Shown: piece after piece, positions 1 to 20,908 of the stretch | How positions within the stretch are numbered: the first letter of the stretch is position 1 | How the letters are laid out: each line of letters opens with the position of its first letter | Notes under the pieces: generated by a model | Database searches by the model: none | What the model saw: the letters and a program-made list of their open reading frames with translations, nothing else | What the model was told of the DNA's origin: nothing | Origin: Pocillopora damicornis | Taxonomy: Eukaryota | Length of the DNA stretch: 64,000 bases | Direction of reading: 5' to 3' | Assembly (NCBI RefSeq): GCF_003704095.1 | Contig: NW_020847149.1 | Location: forward strand, 62,001 to 126,000 | Program-made: the position numbers and the translations under genes

Positions 1-241
1 AAGAGACATGGAAAATAAAAATGTCAATAAAAGGGTTATTAGTTGATCACTACCAAATTCTCTGAACTTACATCATAAAAACTGTAGGACAGAAAGTTAG
101 GAGAATTATCAGTGAGGTATTGCAAGTGAAAGGGTTATAAGAAATAACTTTAACAAGACCCCATTTAAATAATAAAAATATTATTCTCTATAAAATAATC
201 ATGGATGATATCTATATTAAGTAAACAAGAAATTCTCTTAC

Positions 242-6315
<6,074 letters not shown>

Positions 6316-9300
6316 CTTGGAATATAATTGGCAGCATTACGTCACGTCACATGACAAATAATTTTAGGGTATGAGGGTCGAGTATGAAGTGATTGAGATA
6401 AAGAAAATTCGAAGAGTACAAAAACTACCCGGGTTACGCGAACCGTAAATTATTTTCCTCTTGTAAACAGCCCCAATGGTAGAGCAAATACCAGTAATGA
6501 ACAAATGTTCTCTTAAATTTATTCCAGAACAAATGTTGATTTTTTTAACTACACTTTTTTTTATCAATTTTCATTTTGTATTTTTAATTTTTTTCTTTTT
6601 CTTTTAGGAACACAATAGCAATACGTGTTAAAAGCAAGAGACATTACCCTCTCTTGTAAAAAGATATTCAACAAAAGCACAGTCATTCATCGAAATTTAT
6701 TTTCATTACTAGTTCGTGGTCCATAGTCTTGCCAACCGAACGTCGGCTGAAAATCTCGCACTTACATCTTGTGCGATGCTTTAATAATTAAAAAATATAT
6801 TCATAAGCCTTGTGCTTGTTTGATTTACTTTTTTATTCAAAATTCTTGTTAACCTGGTATTGAACCAGCCATTTTTCCCAACCCATACTGATGTTATAAG
6901 GAAAGATCAGGGCTGAGACTGAAAAGTTGGAAGAGGGGGGCAGGGAGAGATATCAAAGGCCAGAGCTTCCAGGAGAAACGTGTGGGTAAAAACAGAGAGA
7001 CAAGGGAGTACACGTTTGACAAATAGGCCAGGGTAGGGGGTGGTGTGGGGATTGTATCAAATCTCTCAGCACCGCATAACCTTCCTCCCCGTCACGCCTC
7101 ACAGCTCGACGAAATGTCCAACTGATAGAATAGTTTTTGGCAGTAAGCAAGGGAAACTAACAGTGACAGAATGATCAACAAAGAGCAGTCTTGAACAACA
7201 CTGAGTTGTGATCGTTTTTGGTGTAATTTATTAATCCATAATTAATCCCTAATTATACCGCGAGGTGAAAAGAACCGAATGCGTATAGCTGAATTTTCTT
7301 TTAAATTTGATTTGGTTGAGACAGAAATAATTGGTGGAAGGAGCTTTAATTCTTTTAAAAATTAATTTTTAAATATAAGGGGAACCAGTCAATTGGCACC
7401 AGTAGATTGCAAGATTTTGTCTCAAGGAACATAATGAAGCATGCCTCTAGCACACGCTATCGCAAACTGACACTTTTCTTCCTGTTTCAGTGTCTCCTTC
7501 TCAAGATAACGGTTGTCCAAATTAACGATGGGCTAAGTTGATCCAATTTACTAAAAAAATATCAAGAGGTGTTAAATCTTGGCGGGCTCTACCGCAAATG
7601 GCAATTAATTGAAATCTATTCAGTGAATAAATGTAAAAATCGAATCAGTAGGTGTGTTCTTTGTTTTTCTTGTCGATTTTTTTTCGATGCTTCTTAGATG
7701 CCAGCAAACGGGCACAGCTCTCTCGATCCAAATCCAGTTCAGTTATGTAGCTCTACGAAAATAGCTGAAGATGTTTGACTAACAAACAGACCATTATTCC
7801 ATGGTCTAGAAAGAGTGACAGAGAGGGAACAGAAATGGAAAAGATAATAACATTCGGACTGAAAAGTCGTCTTTCACATGTTTTTCAGTTTGATACAAGA
7901 GGCAATTTAAAATGAGATTTGCAAACATGGTCAAGGCTATCTAAGATCTTTTCTTAGTAAAGGTTAGGCGCTGTGTTTTACATTATTCTGGGAAGATCCG
8001 GCTCATTCATCAATATAAAGAATGTATTTCAAAAATGAACGACAAATGTTAATCGTGTCGTTGTGTATTAGGAGACAATTTATTTGTTTGCATTACAAAA
8101 CTTTTTTATTTCTGACGTAGGCCTGTATGGTCTAATCTAACTAAACATTTCAAATTGCTTCTCTAAAACATGAGAATCATATAAAACTGCTTTATATTAC
8201 TATCTTCGCAACTAAAACACAGTTTCAGAGAGAAAACATGCTGGACATATGTTTGCATTCAAATGCTGTAGCGACTTGATTCGACACGGATTGCTTTGAA
8301 ATGCAGTTCATAGTTTTGTATAGAAGCAGGGCACCTCCCATAAAAAAAAAACTTGGAGGATTTCTTTGAAATAAAAGTGATTAAAATCACAAAAAGTAAA
8401 ACAGTGAACAGAGAACAGTAGGAATTCAAAAGAGAAAATCGAACAAAGCTCATGATCAAGTCTTTATTCAAACAGGGGCACGTGTCTCTTTAGTTAATTT
8501 TAAACAATACAAGTTTAATCAAGATCGTCTAAGCATCAAACTGTTTTATGGACTTAATATGATAGAAGGAAGCCTTTCATCCTTCAGATGTGTGCGGAAT
8601 GATTTTTTATTTTCAATTAAAATCACTCGGAATGGGCGTAGATTTAAACATGCGTGAAACTAGAAATTTTGTGGGCAGAAATAGCTTACTTAGCCTCTCA
8701 CCTCTGAGAAATACGGACAAGTAATAAAAAATGTAATAAGGCATCGAATTATCGACTCAAATAAATATTGACTTTTCATTCTTCTAAACTAAAAATAGGC
8801 GGGTTTCAACAGACATCAGTTTTCCCGTTATATGCGTGATTTACTTGCCCCAAGGAAGACTTTTCCTGAGCGCGTTTCATTTTCTTCCGCTTAAAACAAA
8901 CTGATAAGCATGGAAAATAGTACTTCTTCTATCTTACCACAAACTACGCAGACGGGTAATCGATTTGCTTTCATGTCGATTTTATGAGTAAAGAACTCTT
9001 GATCACACGTGCCGCAGTACTTCTAGAATCACCTGCTGGCTGCGGGTACATAGTGTAATCCACACACGGTCGTCGATTGCCAATAAATTCATTTTCGCCG
9101 TTTACTATATTGTTTTCATACGACGCCCGCAGTTGTTATTAAATCATCAATTACTCTGACACTTTACAGATAACCTCATTTCTTTCAGGACTGCTCAATT
9201 TACTCCTGCTAAGATTATTGGTTCGTGCCGCACATCAAACAATTGTAACTGATTGTGTATTTGCGGCAGTTTGTCAGCTATTCTAAGCTCGTAAGAAGAA

Positions 9301-9933
9301 TATTTATTTCCTGATGAAAGTCGTTTCGTAAGTAATGAGTCCACTGCTTTCCTTTTACGGTCATTTTAGCTGCACTTAGACACCGATCTTTCTCAAAAGA
9401 AAGAAAAATTTTCGAAATGATATCTTCGTTCTTATCGTTATTCTTGATTAATTGCCTTTCTTCAGAGTTCTCAGCGTGGTCGGTTTTGCTTGCTTTCGAT
9501 GGATACTTTTGTGATCACTCTGTTTGCGTTTAAAATTTCCATACGATACCGCCAATCTTTATGAAATAAATTTAATCAGCCATTAAAAGTTGTTCTTTTT
9601 ATGAGCTACATTAAGAATTATTCACATTCCGAAATGTCTGGTAAAATTTGGGGTACATGATGGAATAGTTTTCAATCTCACATATTTATTTACAGAAGAA
9701 CAAACATCAGTGTAGGAGGTTACGAAGGCCAACATACTTACTGAGAGAAATTGTCAACACCTTACCATACTTAGCGGCGTTCTTTCATCAAATATCTTCA
9801 GGAAAAATAATGTAGTAATCTCTATAAGGATAAGCTTTTAATGAGAACCTACTCGGGTTCTTGTACAGGTCTCACAATCACTAACTACACAAGTAAAAAA
9901 TTCAAAGTATTCCATTTTTTTTTTTTAACTATT

Positions 9934-9980
9934 AAGTAGGAGAGAAACTTCGTTGCGTAAAACGAAGTCCTCTCCTACTT
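9934..9980. repeat. Short near-perfect inverted repeat (hairpin)
   Basis: AAGTAGGAGAGAAACTTCGTT-gcgtaa-AACGAAGTCCTCTCCTACTT, with about 20 bp arms and one small mismatch/indel. Confidence 0.8.
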
Positions 9981-11032
9981 TATAATTGGTATAAATTAAT
10001 CTCAAAAAGCATTAACCAGTTTATTGATTCCGTTTTATTAGATTAAAACAAAAAAAAACTTTCACCTTGCCTGAGAATAGGGACTACCACATTTCCACGC
10101 CAAACTGGCGGCAACCATTAGTGCTTTTGTTCGAAACTCAATTTCCAGACTCCCTTTACAGCGCATCCGATAATTAGCGCCGTTTTTCGAGGATATTGCT
10201 CTTCTACGGTCGTTATTACAACCAAACGGCTCTTTAATAAGCGCGCTTACTTGTTTGCTTGCAAACGAGCGCATTAAATTATTTACGCCAAGTGTGCGAG
10301 TGATGTGGGCTGCAAAGACGATCTGAATTCTTCAGCGCAAACTTCTGGCGCACTCAAATGGCAAATCTGCCGAGGTAATCTCTCTTCCCTTGATACGTGA
10401 CTTAGATTGAAAGTGAAAATACAAATAAAGTGACAATGAATCAGAACCTGGAGCATGTTACTTAGTTTTTTTTTTAAGCTTTTCACCTGCACTCCTTTTC
10501 CGTTAAGGGCGATTAATTTCCCATGAAATTTCTGGCACTTGTTTCGCACCCACATACGACTAGCTAATGAAAGAGAATGATTTGATTTCTAAGAAGTGTA
10601 TTTTTCAAATTATGACCATCTAAATTGCATGTTAACTATTCATTATTTTAACTTTTTGGCAGACTGTCTTTTTTTCGATAGAAAGAAAGTACAAATACAC
10701 AAATAAGATTGCCTTTTCAACGTAAGTGCACGATTTCGTTTTTCGTACTTTTCAGAATAGGTTCCCCGATGACTTTGGACAACCTGCTGACTTTAAGTGC
10801 AATTACTATACAATTTACAATGAACAACAACGTCCTTGGGACAGAAAAGAACCAAAGAACAAAATATTGCTGGTGTAGATTAGACAGTGTTACATCCGAT
10901 CTTCTGATTAAGTTATTATTACACACAGCTCAATGTACACAAAGACCAAAAATGATTATTTCTCACTTAATACAGTAATATCCGTTTCCATTTATTCCGT
11001 ATATTGACCTAAGCTTAAATAAAAGACGCACT

Positions 11033-11038
11033 TATAAA
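11033..11038 (+). promoter_or_regulatory. Probable TATA box of the Emx-like gene
   Basis: TATAAA about 90 bp upstream of the ATG at 11128. Confidence 0.5.
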
Positions 11039-11127
11039 CGCATTTAGCTCAGAGTTACCGAGCTCGGCTTCATCCAGAACCGTCCCAAAAGGAGATAAAA
11101 CCAAGAAAAAACAACAGTTGAGCCTTC

Positions 11128-12290
<1,163 letters not shown>

Positions 12291-12558
12291 AGGAGTTGAA
12301 AAAACCTGGCCAGTTCAACTCTTTGACTTCTAAGTCAAGTAATTCTCTCTTTAAGCTGCCATAGTTTACTCTTTCTTTAATTGAGAGAATTCCAAGATAA
12401 TCACACTTTAGATGATAAGTTTTTCTTGTCTCGTCTTTGCTGGATAATGTATAGGTATTGTAAGGAGAAGTAAAATTGTAATCAATTTGAGGGTTTCTGT
12501 GGCTTGTCATGGGAGTCAATCATCGCAGTCAGCTTGCAGTTAAAAAAAAGTGATTTAA

Positions 12559-12763
12559 CCCTTTAACTCCCAGAAGTGATTGGCATGTAACTTCTCCCTA
12601 TAATATCCATACATTAACCTGCACACAGGTAATAAGAATATTTAAACTAATCAGGTGGAAGTTGTTATCTTGGTCCAACACTAAATTCTCTTATCTAATT
12701 TATAAGGAGATGTGTTGCAACGAGAGGGGAGAATGAACAATCAGATTTTGGGACTTAAAAGGG
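12559..12763. mobile_element. piggyBac-type MITE with TTAA TSD
   Basis: TTAA|CCCTTTAACTCCCA ... TGGGACTTAAAAGGG|TTAA. Reverse-oriented relatives lie at about 35158 and 38173. Confidence 0.85.
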
Positions 12764-13469
12764 TTAAGCACAAACCAGTGCGAGTTTTTATATTCGATTG
12801 TCCAGGGTCGACTAGCACATTGAAAAGTTTATTTTACGACCAACTTGAGTTTTCCGCATAACTGTAACTATGCCTGGCTAAGATTCGCCTCACAATGTAC
12901 CTGTTTCACTGTGAAAAATACCTTTTAAGATAGAAAATTGTAAAACACCACTCGCGTATCATTTAGCTACGTGTAAAAACCACTGTAAAACTGCGTCATT
13001 TTGTAGATAAGTTCTTCGTATTTTCCCTTCCTTTTTTCGGATAAAGGGGAATACAACCGCTGTACATAATCTGCTCGGCTGCTCGATCATCACAAATGTG
13101 GTCGAATTCAAACCTTTACTAATTCATTTAAATTAAAACACTTTATTTGGTATAAGATTGTGTATGGTTCTTCACTCTACGAGGAAGATTTTCTCAAATA
13201 TTTTATTTAGTTTTACACCTTTGCAAAAGGGTCTACTGGCAATACTGTGTTTCCTTCCATTTTTCCTTACAGTAAGATAAAACGCTGATATAACCTAGAG
13301 AAATAAAATTAATTAATCTTGGATTAGTGGTAACCGTCTTTCGCACAACCTTGTAATGAATATAAAACGTTTCTGGCGATTGTTTTCGTTCCCGCCTCAT
13401 TAAAATGTGGGAAATTAACAACCATTACTGACCAATACCGTAAGTGCTGGCTCCATACTCATGACCACA

Positions 13470-16400
13470 CTATGGCCATATCCAACGAGGTCCTTTTCTC
13501 TCTGAAAGGCCCCAAATAACTCCCATGGACCTTTCTCGTGGGTATCCTAGGCAAAAGGACACATAGCGCACCTCATCGATCACACGGTCCCTATTACGGT
13601 GTTGATGTCCATGCAAATGTACCTTCGAGCCAATCTTTCTGATTTGCTCTTCTATGGTTTTACAACCTGCAAAGCGCGTAAAATTAAACTGGATTTGCGA
13701 TCCTTGGGCTTTGGGATTGTCTAACTGCGGGAGGTGTAGTTTTTTTCTCTCATCTTGGACTCGTTCGATGTCCTCTTCTGAAGCAGGGATGAGTTCACCA
13801 CGAGGCAAAAAATGACTGAAAGATATAATTGGCGCGTCGTAATCCCTTGTTAAAATGTTTTCGTTGAGTTTAGCAAAGTACTGAGCAACAGATCCTTGAA
13901 GCACAGGCCATTTACAGAGATGATTATCCATCCAGACCTTGTTGGACAGTTCTGCATCTTCAGTGTCCCTTCCAACAAATAACGAGTTATGGAGGTCGTC
14001 CTCTGGTTTGGCATACCAGGAAAATATTGGCACAACCCAGGCCGCGGTATCGTTACAGCATTGCACCTTTACTGGTTTGGTATGAACGCCAATCGAATCA
14101 CACATAGCCAAGATTGCGTGGAATTTATCGATGGAATTGTTGTGACAATAGGTATTTTCTACCTGACGAATCCAGAGCTCGTGGTTTCCTGAAATAAAAA
14201 AGATGTATACACAGTCGGTAGGGTAAAAAAAAAATACGAGAAAAGCTTGAGAGTAAATTGAGAACACGAAAATCCCTTACTAAAAAACCAAGTCTGGAGA
14301 ATGGAATAGCAATGATAATGATAAAGCCAACGTGAATTCCTTCGAATGAGGCATGCAAAATAAATGTCTGGTAAAAGGGGGTATCCACCGTCCCCTCCCT
14401 GCATAAAAAATAAAGGTTAGGTGTGGAAGTGACGCGCACAGATCCTCAAGACTAGCCTGTGCAGCTGGATGTTGATGGGAATTTTGAACAATTCGACTTC
14501 TCATTTGGATCTGCTGCTCCAAATGCACATTACTGCCTGAGCTCATCTAGTGTCTTCATACCATGTATTTAACTCCTAAGTGGAGACAGGCTCACTAACA
14601 CAATAGTCATGGTCGATGATAACCTCTGCCATGATCTCAGTCAGTGGAAGGTGTGAGAAAGGGTGGCACCTTTTCTCCTTTCCAAACTGCCACCAGTTTT
14701 TGCTTGCCCTATCTTACAACCCTCTTCCCTGACTGAGAGCTTAGCATAGGGTAGGCCAGGACTTGCAACTGGACATATTAGACCAGATGGATGGATGTTA
14801 AGTATTTGCCAAGGTTTCCAACTAATTTTTGTAATTGTGCAAAATCCTCATCTATCCCTACTACACCTAGGTTACAGTTACTGTATCTCGTAAATAACAG
14901 GCTCTGCTCTACTGTTATATTGATAAAATAGTTGTACAGTCAAACCTCTGAGTATGTACAATTCCCAAAAATGGACACTTGGGTATAAACACAAGTTTCT
15001 TATGTTCTCACAAACCTTTGACAGATACAGACCCTATCTCATACAGACAACAGACACATTCTCTTGTGGAAATTAAATCTCAATCCCAGAGAGAGAGAAA
15101 ACTTCTAAATCTCTTTTCTTCTTACACGCTGGTAATCAGGTGATGATAGCATGTGTATGAAATACAAATTTATGTTTACAAATACAGAAACATAAATGCT
15201 TCATTAACAAGAAACTTAGCCCAAAATAAAGAAAATACCAAAAATACTGATTAGAGAACCAACACTTCTTTGATATTTTACTCTGGTAAGATATTTCTCT
15301 CTGAGTAAAGTACTAAGATTTCTTTGATATTTTACTCTGGTAACTGATATCTGCAGTTGTGAACCCTTCCAATCTTTAGGTGCAGCATTACCTTTGGTGT
15401 TTGTTTCATTTTCTGTTAGACAGTGTCCACATTTTTCTTTTTTTCTCAACAACACAAGTATTCAAACCTGTGCCATCCAGAGACTAGTTGGGCTCCATTA
15501 TCACCTGAATTACATGTACAAAGCTACATGCTTGGAGCAAGGCAAATTTTAGTGGGTTCTTTGCTCCAGGTTAAATGTAAAATCAAGGAAACATTACATT
15601 TTCCACGGTTTTATCTGTTCCCAGTGTTTTTTTCCTATGTCTCCCCTATGCAAAAGAAAGGCAAAGTACTCTGAGATGGATGTTGATTTGTATTCTCCAA
15701 TGAGTCTGAGAGCTTGACTGTGATGAAATTAAATGACCCCTAACAAGAAGATATACCATTTCTAAGAAAATACATATTTCTTTACCAGTGCAGCCAGGGA
15801 ACTAAAACTTTCTAACATTCAGTGATCTATTTTTCAAACTTCTTTCTTCCCACAAAGGATGCACTGTCACTAAAGATGGAGCCAACTTAGAAAATTGTAC
15901 TTTGGCTCTGTGGATTACAGAGCTCATCTGCTTCCATTCACTGAGCCACATGATTGTTTGTATAGTTATTGGGATTCAAGAGTTTCCTTTCTTTGTATCA
16001 GAGAGGAAGAAACATGAAAATCAAAATTGATGGGTAATTTAAAACCAAGAAAATATTTGGATAGAAGAAAAAAAAATGACCTTATTACATGAAAGAATCA
16101 CACAGATTCAAGCCATTTTACATGCAAGTTCAAGTTGAGGATTACGCCATCTTTGACAACCTGTCCTATGATTGGGGCAAGGAAGACACAGGAGCTTAAC
16201 AATTAGCAGACAGACACAACTTTATCCAAATTAAGATTTTCAAAGAAAAATATATAGCATATTGATAAATGAAGTACAAATAATTCATAATGAAAATGTA
16301 AAGTACACACTTAAATACTTGTCACCTTATATGCTACAATAATTTAAACTAAGATAAATTAAAACTAATTTTTGAATAATGTGAAATGTATAATTTTACA

Positions 16401-17387
16401 GTCATTTTTTAAATCATATGCTGTAACTTTTTTCACTTCATTACTCTATATGCTGCTTAAAGTTTTTCAATTTTAATGTTTCAATAACTAGCAGTGTCAG
16501 ATGCAAAGGAACATCTTCCACATTTCATGGTTTACACATCTAGTCCTGGTTTTTTGGAGGGTCGGATAGGACTATCCATCAGATAAATATGTGTCCAATG
16601 GATAGCACAGTTAGTTTTGTTAACACATATATGCTGGATAGCAGTTTGTTTGGTTTAAATGGGCCCTGGAATCTAGATTGAAAGATCCATGTTTGAGACC
16701 TGGTCATCATTTATGTTGTCATGTTCTTGGGCAAGAGCCTCTTAAAATGCTCCAATTACCTCTTTGATCTACACCCATGAGTATAAATGGGTTCCAGTAA
16801 ACTGCCAAGAGAACCTGGAAAAATGCTGGAAATAACTTGTGCTGGACCAGCATCTCACCCAGGGGGGTCAGGGAACTAACAAAACTCCTTCTTAGTTTGT
16901 GCTAATTAAACCAGGATTAGTGGGCTTGAGAGAATTCTCAAAAGTTATGCAAATCCTCGAATGTATCTTAAGTTTGCATAATTATTCTGAATTCTTACAG
17001 GTCACCTCGCGTTTAGATGAGGCTAAATAAACACGGAAGACGTCCTCTACAGCCCACATTTCTATCATGTTCATCACCTGAGTTATTTAAACTTGTGACG
17101 GACCATTGCAACGCTGTTTAATAATGATTTACTCAAGTACACAAACCTGGAACATAGCAGACCTTCGAAAACTTTTGAGTCAGTGACGTCAAGACTGTTT
17201 TGAGCAGAGACAAGTTATCCGTCACATCCCCAGCAAGAATGAGTACGTCATTTTTGAAGTCAACGTCTGACCAACTATTAACCAAACGAAGGTTTTCGGG
17301 AATATCAACGTGAATGTCTGAAATGGCAAAAATTCGTGACATTCTTAGTGCAGAGGAGGACAAATATCGGCTTTTGGCGAGAAGCAT
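13470..17387 (-). CDS. Calcineurin-like metallophosphoesterase of the PptH (ACP phosphodiesterase)-like group, 2 exons
   Basis: join(complement(17147..17387),complement(13470..14188)). The intron splits VPG|NHELW. Motifs are AISDIH, LAGDVTD, PGNHELW, SHF, HGHQH and C-terminal LGYPRE. Start is uncertain (17438, 17387 or 17342). The PptH assignment is from recalled motif similarity, not a search. Confidence 0.88.
16543..16670. mobile_element. Degenerate palindromic MITE (GGATA/TATCC-rich family)
   Basis: Shares GGATAG...TATCCA...GGATAGCACAGT...TTTTGTTAACAC...GCTGGATAGC with the copies at 35375 and 41181. Confidence 0.6.
16690..16920 (+). mobile_element. Decayed CORE-type SINE (approximate ends)
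   Basis: TGTTCTTGGGCAAGA...CACCCATGAGTATAAATGGGT...GGACCAGCATCTCACCCAGGGGGG. Its 3' part matches, in reverse, the fragment at 48552-48660. Confidence 0.6.
16926..17040. repeat. Hairpin-type interspersed repeat fragment
   Basis: GAATTC...TTATGCAAAT-spacer-GTTTGCATAA...GAATTC inverted arms. Confidence 0.55.
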
Positions 17388-17438
17388 TCAAACCAAGTGG
17401 ATAGTTGGCTGTAATATCCAAACAGCTCGGTCCGCCAT
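17388..17438 (-). other. In-frame upstream ORF MADRAVWILQPTIHLV* whose TGA directly abuts the metallophosphoesterase ATG
   Basis: The minus strand reads AAAC-ATG GCG GAC CGA GCT GTT TGG ATA TTA CAG CCA ACT ATC CAC TTG GTT TGA ATG CTT. Confidence 0.7.
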
Positions 17439-19345
17439 GTTTGCTTTTTAGTCTCCAGGTTCTTCTCAAGAGGTGAGATCCGGCCACCATTACGTCACAA
17501 AGTGGGCTACGCAGCACAATTATTTCGTTGGTTGCTTGGTGTCTTTCACTGAAACACCCGATTCCAGAAAAATAGGAGGGACATACACCGTCAAGATTAG
17601 TTGATTTATTTCACCATAAATTCGTCACTGCTAACGTAACATTTTTTTTTTCATTTTACTCATTTGTTTAGCTATCTATTTATTGTTTTGTTGATTTATT
17701 TTCGCCATCGTGCACTCCTTTAGAAACAAAACAAAGTAAAAAATAAAACAAATTTGAGGAGCAGGGTAGAGTTTGAGTAATGGAACTTTGAGAAAAATTC
17801 CGCAAAATTAACATAATAATATGTTTCAAAAATACGTACAAGTAACGAGAGGAAATGTTCTATTGATGTACAATGTACGATGTGGTCTGTTATGTCTAGG
17901 GTTAAGAATCAGAATTTTGATACGATCTATGTTTTAAAAAGGACACTGAGTTGTCAAATTAGGTCACGCATTTTGCATGATGAGTCAGTCCGTGCTGATT
18001 AGATGCTATCGTTGAAATCATGAGAAGAGAATCCCTTAAAAAATGGAAACAGGAAACTAATTTATTGAAATCAACAAAACTGCATATCGAGAATTCAGGC
18101 GGGTACTCAATCATTCTTATAATCAAGGCGCTTAATTCCAACTTGTAGTACACACTGTACATATAGCTTTCCCTGTTGCTGAGCGAACTATTGCAATTTT
18201 CATTCTTGCTTTTTTGTTACTCCTTTATAATATAAAGTAAGTAACTGAACGCCAAACAGTAGAGGTATTTTAGAATTTAATACGGAAACATACTTGAGTA
18301 CGATATTGCATTTCAAAGTGATACAAGACACGTTAATTAGATTAGGGAAACCTTTTGTTTCATCGTTCTTTATTAAGATGAAGATCATGTGGAAGACTTA
18401 GTCTATTCTTAAGGTACTTCCATTATCACTATCAAACCGAGCTTTAAATCTAACCTGACAGAGCGCTTTGTTTTCTATCTCTTTTCAACTCACATTTTTC
18501 CTGCGCCACCTCGGTTGCCAGAGGCTTCTTTTGAAAGTCTAATTGCTTTTAATTCTTCATTATGTGGCTTTATTCCGGCGAGTTAAAGCTTCGAACGCAA
18601 AGCCAGAGTTTGTTGTGGCCGGATGAGCTCTTGAATTAATACTTTAAGCCTCATAGGGCACTTAATTAATTTTTCAGTCCGTAAACTACTTCGCAGAGAT
18701 GGCGAAAAGTTTTCAATTTTATAATACAAGCAAATTTTTTATTTTCACTCGAAATCTGTGAATGTACATGTACAATGTATGATTCCCCTAATTACTTCGA
18801 CTTATTAGTGAGAAATCCTCGATTTATTAATTTTTTATACAATCGAATATTTACAATTTCAAACTAAGACCATTTTCGGGCCTTCTGGAAAGAAAGAAAA
18901 AATTAAACAGATAAGTCTTTCCATATTCGAGTCATATTCTCAAATTTTTAATCAAAACTAAACGAAGAGTCGATAAATCATTATTCTTTACGGAAGAGAA
19001 GGCAATGCTCGATTTTGCTGCCTTGTGTGTACAAGATCTACATTTGCCATCTGGCTGCAAAAGTTATCGATTTTCGGGATACAGAATTTACCAAATTATG
19101 TCTTTAATGAACTAACCAGAGGTGTGTTTCTAAGTCTGCTAGTTCAGTTTTGAAATGTATACAGTTTCGCGATAAAATTGTGTGAATATGTTCATTGTCA
19201 AAACACCTTTAAGTACAGTTACACATCTTTTCTTTTCTTTTTTTTTTTCAATTTTAAATACCATGGATTGAGGCCCATCGGATGTTCGCGACTTTCATCT
19301 CTGGTAAGCATATCATAGTTTTTCCTTTGTTTCATATTTGATGTC

Positions 19346-20908
<1,563 letters not shown>

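Noticed and set aside
13355-13405. SECIS element that would recode the in-frame TGA at 17388-17390 as selenocysteine
   Set aside because: ATGA...AAA...GA is present on the minus strand, but helix II pairs for only about 4 bp. A Sec inside a targeting peptide is also implausible.
15266-15342. 24-bp direct repeat (and a similar 15-bp duplication at about 26578-26610)
   Set aside because: Ordinary local intronic duplications with no further structure.
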